DNA of 64,000 nt. It comes from Candidatus Bathyarchaeota archaeon. Lineage in GTDB: Archaea; Thermoproteota; Bathyarchaeia; Bathyarchaeales; Bathycorpusculaceae. The stretch is from the NCBI GenBank assembly GCA_963715865.1, contig OY970280.1, positions 288,001 to 352,000 on the forward strand, read 5' to 3'. Each line of letters begins with the position of its first letter. Position 1 is the stretch's first letter. The notes under the pieces are model-generated. The model ran no database searches. It saw only the letters and a list, made by a program, of their open reading frames with translations, and was not told where the DNA came from. Below are positions 19,834 to 28,796 of the stretch, piece by piece. The translations under genes and the position numbers were made by a program.

Positions 19834-21432
19834 ATGGTTTCAGATTTTTTAGAGGCGGTCGAAGAGGCTTTTTTAATTAAAACAGGCGCCTTAGACCAAA
19901 TCACAGATGCCATAATAACAGTTGATAATGAAGACAGGCTTATTTATCTAAACAAAGCCGCTGCAGAACAATACGCTATAGATAAAAACAAAGCCCTTGG
20001 CTTAAAACTAAAAGTCCTATATCGACAGTTATGGTTTACGCCCGACGCTGAACAGGAAGCTGCTTTGTCTTTAAAAGAGAAAGGCTACTATCAAGGCACT
20101 AACGTTCACGTTAGACCCAAAGGCCAAAAGGCTGTTATTGAATCTGTTGTTACTGTGCTTAAAGACAAATCAGGCAACAAAGTTGGCTTAATGTCTATAA
20201 TGCGTGATATTACCGATAGAGTAAACGTAGCAGATTGGCTAGTTGAAAGCAATCAGCGACTAAACTATGCAATTGAGGCTTCTGGAATGATGATATATGA
20301 AATTGATCCTAAAACCAACAAAATTAACATCATCCGTGGCTTAGAAGAACTTCTTGGATACTCACCTGAAGAGGTACAATATAGTGTTGATTGGTGGATA
20401 AACCAAATCTTACCTGAAGATGTTCCTAAAGCTAAAGAACAATTCTACCCTACAAAAAACGTGAATAACATCGTAAATGAGTATCATATTCACCATAAAA
20501 AAGGCAACTATATTGTTGTTCGGGGCATAGCAAAAATTATAAAGGATACGACAGGAAAACGTGTGCGCATTATTGGTGGTATGCAAAATATTACCCAGTA
20601 CAAAGAAATGCAAGCTAAGCTTGAAGAGTACGCTAAGAATCTTGAGGGTTTAGTTGAAGAAAAAACTAAGCAGCTCACAAATGCACAAGTTAAGCTTGAA
20701 GAATACGCTAAGAATTTAGAGAAGTTAGTTGAAGAGCGAACTATGCAGCTTCAACATAAAGAACGCCTTGCAACTATTGGTCAAATCGCAGGCATGGTTG
20801 GTCATGATATTCGTAATCCATTGCAGGCTATTGTTAATGAATTATATTTTGCAAAGCAAACGATGACACAAGTGCCTGAAAACAAAAACAAGCAGGATAC
20901 GTTAGAGAGTATTAGTATTATTCAAGAACAAGTAGATTATATTAGTAAAATTGTTACTGATTTGCAAGATTATGCTAAGACACTGAAACCTGAAATTAAA
21001 GAAGTTGATTTGCCTGAGCTTATTGCAAGTTCATTTTCAATAATTAAGGTTCCAGAAAATATTGTGCTTACAGTAAATATTGAAGATCATCTAAAAATGA
21101 GAACAGACCCTACCTTCATCAGGCGGACATTAACGAATTTAGTCAACAATGCTATTCAAGCCATGCCTAAAGGTGGCAAATTAACTATAACTGCCTCACA
21201 AAAAGAAAACCAGACAACCATAACTGTTGAAGATACTGGCAAAGGCATCCCTGAAGAAATCAAGCCTAAACTCTTCACTCCCTTATTTACAACTAAGTCT
21301 AAAGGTCAAGGCTTCGGGTTGGCGGTGACTAAACGCTTAATTGAAGCATTGGGTGGCACCATAAGCTTTGAAAGCGAGGCAGGAAAAGGAACAATATTCT
21401 TCATTAAATTTTCCCCCAAGACTAAAAGGTGA
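19834..21432 (+). CDS. PAS/PAS sensor histidine kinase
   Basis: Two PAS domains, H-box GHDIRNPL, N box NLVNNAIQAM, DTGKG and KGQGFGL. Confidence 0.9.
   Translation: MVSDFLEAVEEAFLIKTGALDQITDAIITVDNEDRLIYLNKAAAEQYAIDKNKALGLKLKVLYRQLWFTPDAEQEAALSLKEKGYYQGTNVHVRPKGQKAVIESVVTVLKDKSGNKVGLMSIMRDITDRVNVADWLVESNQRLNYAIEASGMMIYEIDPKTNKINIIRGLEELLGYSPEEVQYSVDWWINQILPEDVPKAKEQFYPTKNVNNIVNEYHIHHKKGNYIVVRGIAKIIKDTTGKRVRIIGGMQNITQYKEMQAKLEEYAKNLEGLVEEKTKQLTNAQVKLEEYAKNLEKLVEERTMQLQHKERLATIGQIAGMVGHDIRNPLQAIVNELYFAKQTMTQVPENKNKQDTLESISIIQEQVDYISKIVTDLQDYAKTLKPEIKEVDLPELIASSFSIIKVPENIVLTVNIEDHLKMRTDPTFIRRTLTNLVNNAIQAMPKGGKLTITASQKENQTTITVEDTGKGIPEEIKPKLFTPLFTTKSKGQGFGLAVTKRLIEALGGTISFESEAGKGTIFFIKFSPKTKR
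20611..20760 (+). repeat. Intragenic 75-bp (25-aa) tandem duplication in the signalling helix
   Basis: QAKLEEYAKNLEGLVEEKTKQL and QVKLEEYAKNLEKLVEERTMQL start 75 bp apart (20611, 20686). Confidence 0.85.
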
Positions 21433-21463
21433 ATGGGCCTTCAAGTAAGGGTTAGTTTTCTAA

Positions 21464-21601
21464 TTATTGCTGGGGAAAGAATAGGGTTTCAAAATGAAGC
21501 TCTATATATTCGCTTCTTGACCTTTTCTGCCGTGTTGCTTCTTGATCTATTTTTTGTAGTATGCGGTTTGAGGGGGCTATGCTTACTGGGTGTTTTCGCA
21601 T
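21464..21601 (-). CDS. 45-aa ribbon-helix-helix (CopG-like) DNA-binding protein, below the ORF-track cutoff
   Basis: MRKHPVSIAPSNRILQKIDQEATRQKRSRSEYIELHFETLFFPQQ fits the beta-strand, IDxxA and SRSEYI RHH pattern. Confidence 0.7.
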   Translation of the reverse strand: MRKHPVSIAPSNRILQKIDQEATRQKRSRSEYIELHFETLFFPQQ

Positions 21602-21618
21602 GAGTCCTGAGCCTCTAA

Positions 21619-21972
21619 CTAGTTTTAGATTGTTCTCACCGACACTTCTCTAGAACCTTCAGAATACAAAGAACCAGAATCGCCAGCAAACTCAAAAACG
21701 ACCGCATACGCAAAATCCACTTTCACACGCTCCGGCACTGGAAAGCAACCATGGAATACGCCAAAACAAAAGATATCCTTCACGTCATGAAGATGCTTGG
21801 CCACAGAAACATTCAAAATACGTTGCTCTATACTCAGCTGATTAGCTTTGAGAACGATGAGTTCTTCTCTGCTACTGCTAAAACGGTTCAAGACGCCCAA
21901 AAACTAATTGAAGCAGGATTCGAATACGTCTGCGAGTTCAGTGATGTTAAAATCTTCAAGAAAAGGAAGTAA
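21619..21972 (+). pseudogene. Tyrosine recombinase/integrase C-terminal fragment
   Basis: Frame is open from 21619: ...RIRKIHFHTLRHWKATMEYAKTKDILHVMKMLGHRNIQNTLLYT. It has HxxR, LGH and the catalytic Tyr, but the N-terminal half with the first Arg is absent. Confidence 0.85.
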
Positions 21973-22180
21973 CTATAATGTTGAAAAGAATTTGCCTCTT
22001 GGAAAGCATCCCGCTAGGGTTGTAGCCATAACTATTTGAAAAAATGGAAGATACGGAGGCTATGGATCCGATGATTACTGCAACACCTGCCCCAATTAAT
22101 ATTAGTCCTGCCATACCCCATACAATGCTCCAGCCAAACCAAGCACCTGCGGCTCTCCAAGCTCTTCCCCATGTTACCAT
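21956..22180 (-). CDS. Small membrane protein, probably 3'-truncated
   Basis: RBS GGAGGTG and two hydrophobic segments. The tail runs into the integrase 3' end. Confidence 0.45.
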   Translation of the reverse strand: MVTWGRAWRAAGAWFGWSIVWGMAGLILIGAGVAVIIGSIASVSSIFSNSYGYNPSGMLSKRQILFNIIVTSFS

Positions 22181-22228
22181 TAGTTCACCTCCCGTAGTTG
22201 CAGAAAGACTTGGTTTCGAATCACTTAG

Positions 22229-22400
22229 CTATGTGTATTTAAGGGTTTTCAGTTCTGCCTTATCATAGATTTCTCTCAGTAGCCTTATTCCCTTTGGCTT
22301 GTAATGTTTAGCAAGAACACTTTTCGATGCTCTACCCCGGAAAATGTCAATGTATCTGTCTGGAATCAAGCGCGCGCTAATCTCAGTAAAAACTAGGGGT
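22229..22400 (-). pseudogene. Second integrase remnant (archaeal-type tyrosine recombinase C-terminus)
   Basis: The minus frame reads ...TEISARLIPDRYIDIFRGRASKSVLAKHYKPKGIRLLREIYDKAEL, matching the PDRY.D.F.GR.P.SVL.RHY catalytic-Tyr tail. No start codon. Confidence 0.7.
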
Positions 22401-22526
22401 TTATTGCATTTAATCAGGTGGTTCTCTCGGTCAGCTTCATGTCCTCTTCGCTGCGCAGTCGATATTCCATAAAGTCTATAAGCGCTGCCTTGGAAAGTTA
22501 CTTTTTATCAAACTCGGTGATAAATA

Positions 22527-22961
22527 ATGAGTAGAACAAAGAAAGACATTATGGTTCCAGGTCGAACTGCTGAGGAAATAAGGGTCCTTGTTCAAAAGTG
22601 GTTCGCTGAAAACGATGTAGAAGTGATTGACAACAAACCTAACTACATTAAAGGGCGCTGGGGAGTCGGGTTAGCCACTGCGCCCAAATACTTCCAAGTG
22701 TCTTTCCTACCAACGCAGGGGGGCGTAATCGCACAAACTGAAGGCTGGATAGGCGTATACGGAATTAGCGAGCAGAGTTTCTCGGCTACCGCTCTAATGG
22801 GCGGAATTCCGAGGCGAGAAGGCTGGCAAGCCATGGAGCGTTTATGGAGCACGTTGCAAGCGTTCTCAAAGACGCCGTCAAGATTCTGCCCTGCCTGTGG
22901 ACGAAGTATCATGGCTGAGAACGTGAATTTCTGTCCTCACTGCGGCAAGCCGTTAGGCTAA
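22527..22961 (+). CDS. Hypothetical protein with C-terminal zinc ribbon
   Basis: CPAC...CPHC at the C-terminus; RBS-like GGTGA upstream. Confidence 0.65.
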   Translation: MSRTKKDIMVPGRTAEEIRVLVQKWFAENDVEVIDNKPNYIKGRWGVGLATAPKYFQVSFLPTQGGVIAQTEGWIGVYGISEQSFSATALMGGIPRREGWQAMERLWSTLQAFSKTPSRFCPACGRSIMAENVNFCPHCGKPLG

Positions 22962-22995
22962 AACCGCATTTTTGCTCGTCATTCTTTTTGCGCCA

Positions 22996-23400
22996 TCAGC
23001 ACTCTGTAGCCGCTTCGCGCGCCGCGCGCTTGCTTTGTGAAAGGGTATTGAGAAAACCGTAAAAAGCAATTTTTTTCTGAAATGGAATAAAGTCCTGCAA
23101 GAAGGCGTTTTTTTGGTTTAGCTCGAGAAGTTCGGTAACGAATGAGGTTACACTTTCCTCGTACTGTAAGTTAGGTGAGGCCCATGTGCTATTTATTTTG
23201 GCTTCTCTAACTGCCTTTGACATGTGAACTGATAGTCTTTTTGTAAACTCTGGCAATTCAGTCCATTCGAACGGGAAACAACCGATCAATGTTTGATAAA
23301 TATAATATTCTTCGTTCATGTTTGGAACAAGTTTGTTGTTTACGTTTTTCTTTTTTTGAGATTTAGCCTTGACCATTTTTTAATCTCAGTATAAAAGTTA
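22996..23400 (-). pseudogene. treY: Internal fragment of malto-oligosyltrehalose synthase, frameshifted
   Basis: KWSRLN (frameshift) ...PNMNEEYYIYQTLIG...KAVREAKINSTWASPN..YE...GFLNTLSQ. Both the N- and C-terminal parts are missing. Confidence 0.78.
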
Positions 23401-23704
23401 TACTGTAACTGAATTAGGTTTATCAAATTAATCGTTTTATTCGGTTCAAATTCACTCTCTTTAGGTATTCCTTGAAAATTCTGTTTCAACTTGGCTGTTT
23501 CTTTGCTACTGTTTGTTACTGGTGCAGACAAGTAACGCCAATTTGGCTTGTAAATTAAGCGCTATTTTGCATGTTATACAACTAATTTGCAGCTATACTA
23601 AATCAATTGTGCTATTAATTGCTTGTTTTTTTGTTGTATCATAAAGAAATAACAAATATTTATTAGCGATTTTGACTTATCGAAGGTGTTGAAGGTGCAT
23701 TGAA

Positions 23705-24919
23705 TTGCATAGTAAGAATAAATCAACAATCGCTCTGGTCTTTATTGTTGCGCTCGCTGCTTCCCTATTCTCTAGTGCTGCCTTCTTTCTGCTATCAGCT
23801 CAAGGCCAACCAACCTCATCATTGCCATCTTCATCTTCAGCTTCATCTTCGTTGCTAAACAGCACGTATATTTCGCAGTCATTGGGTACACCACTCGTCA
23901 TAGCGAACAATCAAACTGGTGTTATAAGTGCTATCTTGATTAGGCAATCTCCTACTGTAACAGAGCCTGGTGGAATTATTGACAACAACTTTACGTTGAT
24001 GAATACTGTTGTAGAGTTTACGGTTCCAAGCAATCAGACAACTGATAATCAAACGGTGTTCGCTACAGGATTTTTCAGTTTGCTTGAAAATGAAACAAAC
24101 TTAGTCGTTCAAAAAGTAGTCAGCTATAATTGGACCGTTCTGGATCTGGCGCCATACAGTGTACAGGATACACCTAAGCTTCAGTTCTTGCATTGGGCCA
24201 CGATGGGTAACCTGACAACCATAGTTTCAGACATCAAATCAATTGCTGGCAACACTACCATTACTGGCAACTCCACGACTACTACCAGTGGTACAATGCC
24301 AACTACTGCGCCTCAGACAACGTTAAATGGAACATACATTGCTAACGCATTAAACGGGACACTGGTTAACGGGACAGCCCTCGTTGACGTAATGTTGCCC
24401 AGGATGGACGTTAACATCACGTCTGCACTGTTCCCAGGCATTAATCTCAGTGAGTTTACCTCCATGGGATCAATGATTGAGTTTATGTCAATGCCTAACG
24501 CGACTACCGCAACAGGGACTTCTACAACCACTGGCAACAATACAACGGTGATGGTAATGGGTGAATTTGCACTCAAGGAAAGTGAGATTAACGCAGTTGA
24601 AAAAGTGTTTGGCAATCTGACTGCTTATCCGCTGATAACTAACGTTACGATAACGGCTATCCACGATCACTTCTTGGAAGAAACACCGAAAATGGTGTTT
24701 ATGCACTTTGAGATAACAGGCGACCAAAACCAGACAATTCAACTGCTAAACCAAGCAATAAACCAAACTAGCATGTTCGGAAACATGACTACAACGACCA
24801 CAACAACACCTAACATAAGCACACCCAGCGCTACACCAACGACTACTCCTAATACAGGCACTAGTTCAGGAGCATGTACTGGCACAGAAAACGGGACAAC
24901 GGGTACTGGAGCAGGTTAA
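23705..24919 (+). CDS. Secreted Thr-rich DUF1259 (LppY/LpqO)-like protein; its anchor is cut off by an in-frame TAA
   Basis: Signal peptide, then two repeats resembling G(D/E)F.L.E.E.N.V...TAIHDH...PKMVFMHF, and Thr-rich linkers. Confidence 0.7.
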   Translation: MHSKNKSTIALVFIVALAASLFSSAAFFLLSAQGQPTSSLPSSSSASSSLLNSTYISQSLGTPLVIANNQTGVISAILIRQSPTVTEPGGIIDNNFTLMNTVVEFTVPSNQTTDNQTVFATGFFSLLENETNLVVQKVVSYNWTVLDLAPYSVQDTPKLQFLHWATMGNLTTIVSDIKSIAGNTTITGNSTTTTSGTMPTTAPQTTLNGTYIANALNGTLVNGTALVDVMLPRMDVNITSALFPGINLSEFTSMGSMIEFMSMPNATTATGTSTTTGNNTTVMVMGEFALKESEINAVEKVFGNLTAYPLITNVTITAIHDHFLEETPKMVFMHFEITGDQNQTIQLLNQAINQTSMFGNMTTTTTTTPNISTPSATPTTTPNTGTSSGACTGTENGTTGTGAG

Positions 24920-25165
24920 AGTCCCACTCCCAATTGTACGGGTTCCACTAGCACAGCATTACCCGGGACATCATCCACAACAACGCTTAGCATGTCGTCA
25001 TCTCTGCCAGAGTTTCCAGCAGCAATACTAACTCTTGCGGTCGTACTTTTAGCAAGCGCAGTAGCCGCAGTATTTGCATACAAAAGAAGAAGCCCAGCTC
25101 CAACTAGCCTGAAAGACCATCCACTAAGGAACATACACAGGAACATAGGCTCCCATAACAGATAG
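24920..25165 (+). other. In-frame C-terminal extension encoding a PEF-CTERM sorting signal
   Basis: After TAA the same frame reads SPTP...SSLPEFPAAILTLAVVLLASAVAAVFAYKRR (PEF, TM helix, basic cluster) up to TAG at 25163-25165. Confidence 0.75.
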
Positions 25166-25196
25166 TTAATCTGGATCAGGCAAGCGTAGAGCCTCA

Positions 25197-25213
25197 TTTT
25201 CTTTTTTTTCTTT
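25197..25213 (+). terminator. Oligo-T terminator-like tract
   Basis: ttttcttttttttcttt lies shortly after the PEF-CTERM extension stop. Confidence 0.45.
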
Positions 25214-25470
25214 GCGGGTCAGTAGAACAGCTCTTGCAAGCAAACACAACGAACGATGAAAGCTTTTTCGTGCGGAAGGCTTGGTAAGTTTTTTTTTTGT
25301 AAAATCTACATCAACAAATGTCAATTAAATTTGTTTTTAGCTTTAACTCAAAAAACTGGAGCAGAAATGCCGATTTTGTTTGTTTCTAATGTTGAACTTC
25401 CAATTATTAATGTAATCAAAGAAAACGATATTATCTAAGGTTGATTCGCAACCGTAGGCATAGTACTTAG

Positions 25471-25832
25471 TACAAAACAAGAAAGACAACAAACTCCAGA
25501 AACGCAGTTGAAGAAGCAGTAATTCCATATCGAGCAAACCAGAAACGAGACGTCAAAGGCCTTCTCAGAGTGGATCGGAAGTTTCGAACCTATGGACCGG
25601 AAGACCAGAAAAGAGAATATCACAAGAGACCACACATAGAGGCGGTCTACAGCTTCCTGAAGACACAGTATAACCTAGCCATGAACAAAGTCAGAGGCTT
25701 GAAAAACGTCGCCTCGTACGCCCTCTTCAGCGTGTTGTGCTTGGTTCTGAACAGAGAGGCAGCAGAGAACATTGGAAGACCAGACAAAGCAGTCTCACCA
25801 ACCTACTTCAATACGTAATAAAGGGACAAGGC
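25471..25832 (+). mobile_element. IS (DDE, IS4/IS5-like) transposase C-terminal fragment with right end
   Basis: A.IPY...YHKRPHIEAVYSFLK..YNL..NKVRGLKNV. AGGGACAAGGC at 25822-25832 matches the putative left end at 63958-63968. Confidence 0.72.
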
Positions 25833-25835
25833 AGC

Positions 25836-25990
25836 GCGCTACTGACGGGTTCGAAAGGACAGTGTTGAAGCAGCGGTCCCTAACTGACGCGTACAGGTTG
25901 CCCTGGCGGATTTCGATGTTGGACGTGTGGTTTTTTTCGCGTTTTGCCTAGCCAAGAGGACGGCGCGTCGATTAGCGCGCGCGCTCCATA
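25836..25990 (-). pseudogene. Class I SAM methyltransferase remnant (RsmC/HemK-like), interrupted by the IS end
   Basis: NRRAVLLARQNAKK (frameshift) SNIEIRQGNLYASVRDRCFNTVLSNP, stopping at the NPP-type motif where the IS end begins. Confidence 0.6.
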
Positions 25991-26066
25991 CAATAACAAA
26001 GGAAGGTTTGGTAAGCATATTTACCAAACATAGGCAAAAGTACTGCCTAAAATTATGAAAAATAGG

Positions 26067-26145
26067 TGGTGGGGCCGCTGGGATTTGAACCCAGGATCGC
26101 ATACGCCCCAGGCATGTATCCTGAACCAAGCTAGACGACGACCCC
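26067..26145 (-). tRNA. tRNA-Pro(GGG), CCA encoded
   Basis: GGGGTCG/CGGCCCC acceptor stem, CATGC-CTGGGGC-GTATG anticodon arm, GGTTCAAATCC T-arm. Confidence 0.95.
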
Positions 26146-26311
26146 GTACGGCAGACCGGGAACCTGAGGCGATGTAGAGGAAACTGCTCTGAGGTTTATT
26201 TCCTTTTCCTGAAGAGTTTAACTTCGTCCTTTTCTCTGACGTTCGAATCCTGCTTTGATTTTTTGAGCTCTTGATTTTCTCATCAGAATAATTGCATAAA
26301 GCTTGTCATTC

Positions 26312-28312
26312 TCAAAAGTTAGATGTGGACGTATTAGACCATGAAGTTGACTTTGCCGCTTTCGACACGCCGTGGCTGGTTTTGTCCCAATAGAATGGAT
26401 TTTTAATTAGTTGAATAAGCCCTCTCCAACTTGCTATGCTCAAGAGCACCCAGTACGCAGGCATGAGCATTGCTAGTGGTGTTAAACGATATTTTTTCAG
26501 TTTTACACAAGCTATGACGTATATTAGCAGGTATGAAAGATTGCCTGCTATTAGATTAAATAGGCATATTGACTGCATATAACTTGGGATTAACCCGCTG
26601 AAAGCAAACGGCATGAGAAGGGCTATCGCTGTAAGTATCCATAATACAGGGTTTATGATTGGAGTGAAGATTCCCGCTCCAAATGTGAGTTGAAATTTCA
26701 GGAATTGTTCTGTTCCTAACTCTTTGAGTAGTTTTCTCGGGTTTCGCATGTGAACGAGGTACGTTTGAAGGTGCCCTTTGTACCATCGTGATCTTTGTCG
26801 AATCCAGCTTCCAACTGCTGTAGGGGCTTCTTCGTATGTGTGGGTGTCTATCATTTCAGTTTTTAGTTTTCGGCGTGCCAGCCTTATTCCTATATCGGCG
26901 TCTTCAGTGACGTTATACGGGTCCCATCTGCCAAGCTCGTCTAGGCTCTTTTTTCGGAAATGGTTGCTTGTTCCTCCCAATGGGATGGGTGCATTGATCC
27001 AGTCTAGTCCTTGGAGGTAAAACTCAAACCAGTTTCCGTACTCGATCGAGAACCATTTTGTTAGCATGTTTTCGTTTGCGTTGTAGAAATTGAGTTTTGA
27101 TTGTAAACACATGACATTCGTGTCTGAGCGCAGAAAAACGATGGCTGCTTTTCTCAGTTGATCAGGGTCGGGGTTGTCTTCAGCGTCGTATATGACGCAG
27201 TACTCTCCTTTTGCTCGCAGTAATCCGTAGTTGCACGCTCTTGGCTTTGTTGTTATTTCTGAGGAAGGAATGATTATCGGGTCAAAAAGTTTTAGGAATT
27301 CGGTGTATTCTTTGCTTGGGATGCCCTCCACCATTTTTTTGGGTGTTCCAAACAGACCCAGCATTTTGGCTTCATTGATGGTTTCTTCATCCTTTTCTTC
27401 CATTAAGATTTTTATGTCAAGCTTTTCTTTTGGGTAGTTTATGTTGTACATGTTTTTTAGGTTCTGTGCGAGCACTTGTGCTTCGTGGAAGACGGGAATT
27501 AAAATGGTGTAGATTGGTAGGTCCTCATCTGGAACCCAATGCATTTCTCCTTTAGTAATTCGGGTAGGTGCTCTTGATCCTCGAAATCCTCTTAATGAAA
27601 TGTAGATTTTAATTGGGTTAACTATGAAGTATCCAATGCTGATTATGGCGAATAGAATTGCGAATGTGATTGCGGAGCTTAATACCGCGCATATCCCGAT
27701 GAGGGCGAGTAATGATATGATGAAGTATTTTTGTTTTGGCAACAGCACTTTATAGGCTGATTGGTCAGGTGTTCGATTATAAAGGTCAAGTATTGCTTCT
27801 TGTTTGTGGATGTCGCGATAAATATTATCAATTGCCCATTCGATTGCTTTTGACGACGCTACATGCAAAATGATCTTCCAGTTCCCAAACAGGTACTGAA
27901 GTGTGACCATGACTCGGCGGTCAAAGGGGTTGTCTACAGCCACTTCTACGTATGATTTGTTTATTTCTAGTGGAATGATTTTGTATTTGCTGACGATTGG
28001 GTATGGTAGAATTGTTATAAGCTTGCTTTTTTGTTCGCTTTTGTATATTTTTTTAATCTGGGAATGGTCCAGAAAGGATAGCCCTGATTGAGCAGATAGG
28101 TCTCTGAAAAAAGTTTCAGGTATGTTCACTTTAGCCTTCTTCAATGTAGGAATGATTTCTTCTATAGAGATTTCCGAGTTTTCAATGGAGGAAGTTTTTA
28201 CTCGGTGCAATTTGAGAAGTTTAAGTAAACTATTTTTGTCGATTGGTTCCTTGGTCGATGTGTCTATAATCGCAGCATCGGCTGTTAATTCTTTTTCCAT
28301 CGGTCTAGTCAT
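26312..28312 (-). CDS. Processive GT2 glycosyltransferase with N-terminal MshEN/T2SSE_N-like domain
   Basis: LP..V.KYKIIPL...VAVDNPFD...VAS..AI N-domain, then TM helices, KPRACN, YDAED, TEDAD, QRSRW and C-terminal TMs. Confidence 0.85.
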   Translation of the reverse strand: MTRPMEKELTADAAIIDTSTKEPIDKNSLLKLLKLHRVKTSSIENSEISIEEIIPTLKKAKVNIPETFFRDLSAQSGLSFLDHSQIKKIYKSEQKSKLITILPYPIVSKYKIIPLEINKSYVEVAVDNPFDRRVMVTLQYLFGNWKIILHVASSKAIEWAIDNIYRDIHKQEAILDLYNRTPDQSAYKVLLPKQKYFIISLLALIGICAVLSSAITFAILFAIISIGYFIVNPIKIYISLRGFRGSRAPTRITKGEMHWVPDEDLPIYTILIPVFHEAQVLAQNLKNMYNINYPKEKLDIKILMEEKDEETINEAKMLGLFGTPKKMVEGIPSKEYTEFLKLFDPIIIPSSEITTKPRACNYGLLRAKGEYCVIYDAEDNPDPDQLRKAAIVFLRSDTNVMCLQSKLNFYNANENMLTKWFSIEYGNWFEFYLQGLDWINAPIPLGGTSNHFRKKSLDELGRWDPYNVTEDADIGIRLARRKLKTEMIDTHTYEEAPTAVGSWIRQRSRWYKGHLQTYLVHMRNPRKLLKELGTEQFLKFQLTFGAGIFTPIINPVLWILTAIALLMPFAFSGLIPSYMQSICLFNLIAGNLSYLLIYVIACVKLKKYRLTPLAMLMPAYWVLLSIASWRGLIQLIKNPFYWDKTSHGVSKAAKSTSWSNTSTSNF

Positions 28313-28796
28313 ATTTACTTTGCTCGCTTGCTCATGTCCATATTAAAGTTTTTTTACTTATTTATGCTTCGCAAATCTTCCTAATCAATAAATAAAAATT
28401 AAAACCTAGTGAATTAAAGATTGCTAATTTGTAATATAGATTTCAGATTTATTGTGAATATTCAAAAATTAAGGCTTTTTTTGTCATTTTTATGTGCAGT
28501 ATTTCTACAACTGTAGGAAATCATGCAGTATCAAGAGCGAGTTGGTTGAGCTTCATCTTAGGCAGTCTTTTTGGTGACTTAGCAGTTGCAGAGATTAAAA
28601 AGTATAGTGACTAGAACTTATTCACTTGCTTAATCGTTTAACAGAGAACTTGGTGTATTAGCAGTTAGAATTAGAAATTCATAATCCTTTACTTTCTTTA
28701 CCTCATTTAGAATTATCGACCCAAAAGTATGGGTCCACAAGGTACCTATGGAGAAAGAAAAAGGCAGCTGTTGGATGAACTTGAATAGGAACAATC

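Noticed and set aside
24916-25197. Minus-strand 93-aa ORF
   Set aside because: Antisense shadow of the PEF-CTERM extension.
18821-26066. attL/attR copy of the tRNA-Pro 3' end
   Set aside because: Searched by eye and no convincing repeat found (22195-22222 is only vaguely tRNA-like), so island boundaries are not asserted.
25839-26129. 96-aa ORF in the track
   Set aside because: Runs through tRNA-Pro on the same strand; only its distal part reflects the methyltransferase remnant.
26196-26228. DEVKLFRKRK* resembling the tail of the 21.7-kb integrase, upstream of tRNA-Pro
   Set aside because: Only about 10 codons of similarity, not enough to call a third integrase remnant.
28501-28521. ATTTCTACAACTGTAGGAAAT hairpin resembling a Cas12a repeat
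   Set aside because: Single copy, no spacers and no cas genes; more likely an operator or chance palindrome. No CRISPR array was seen anywhere in the window.
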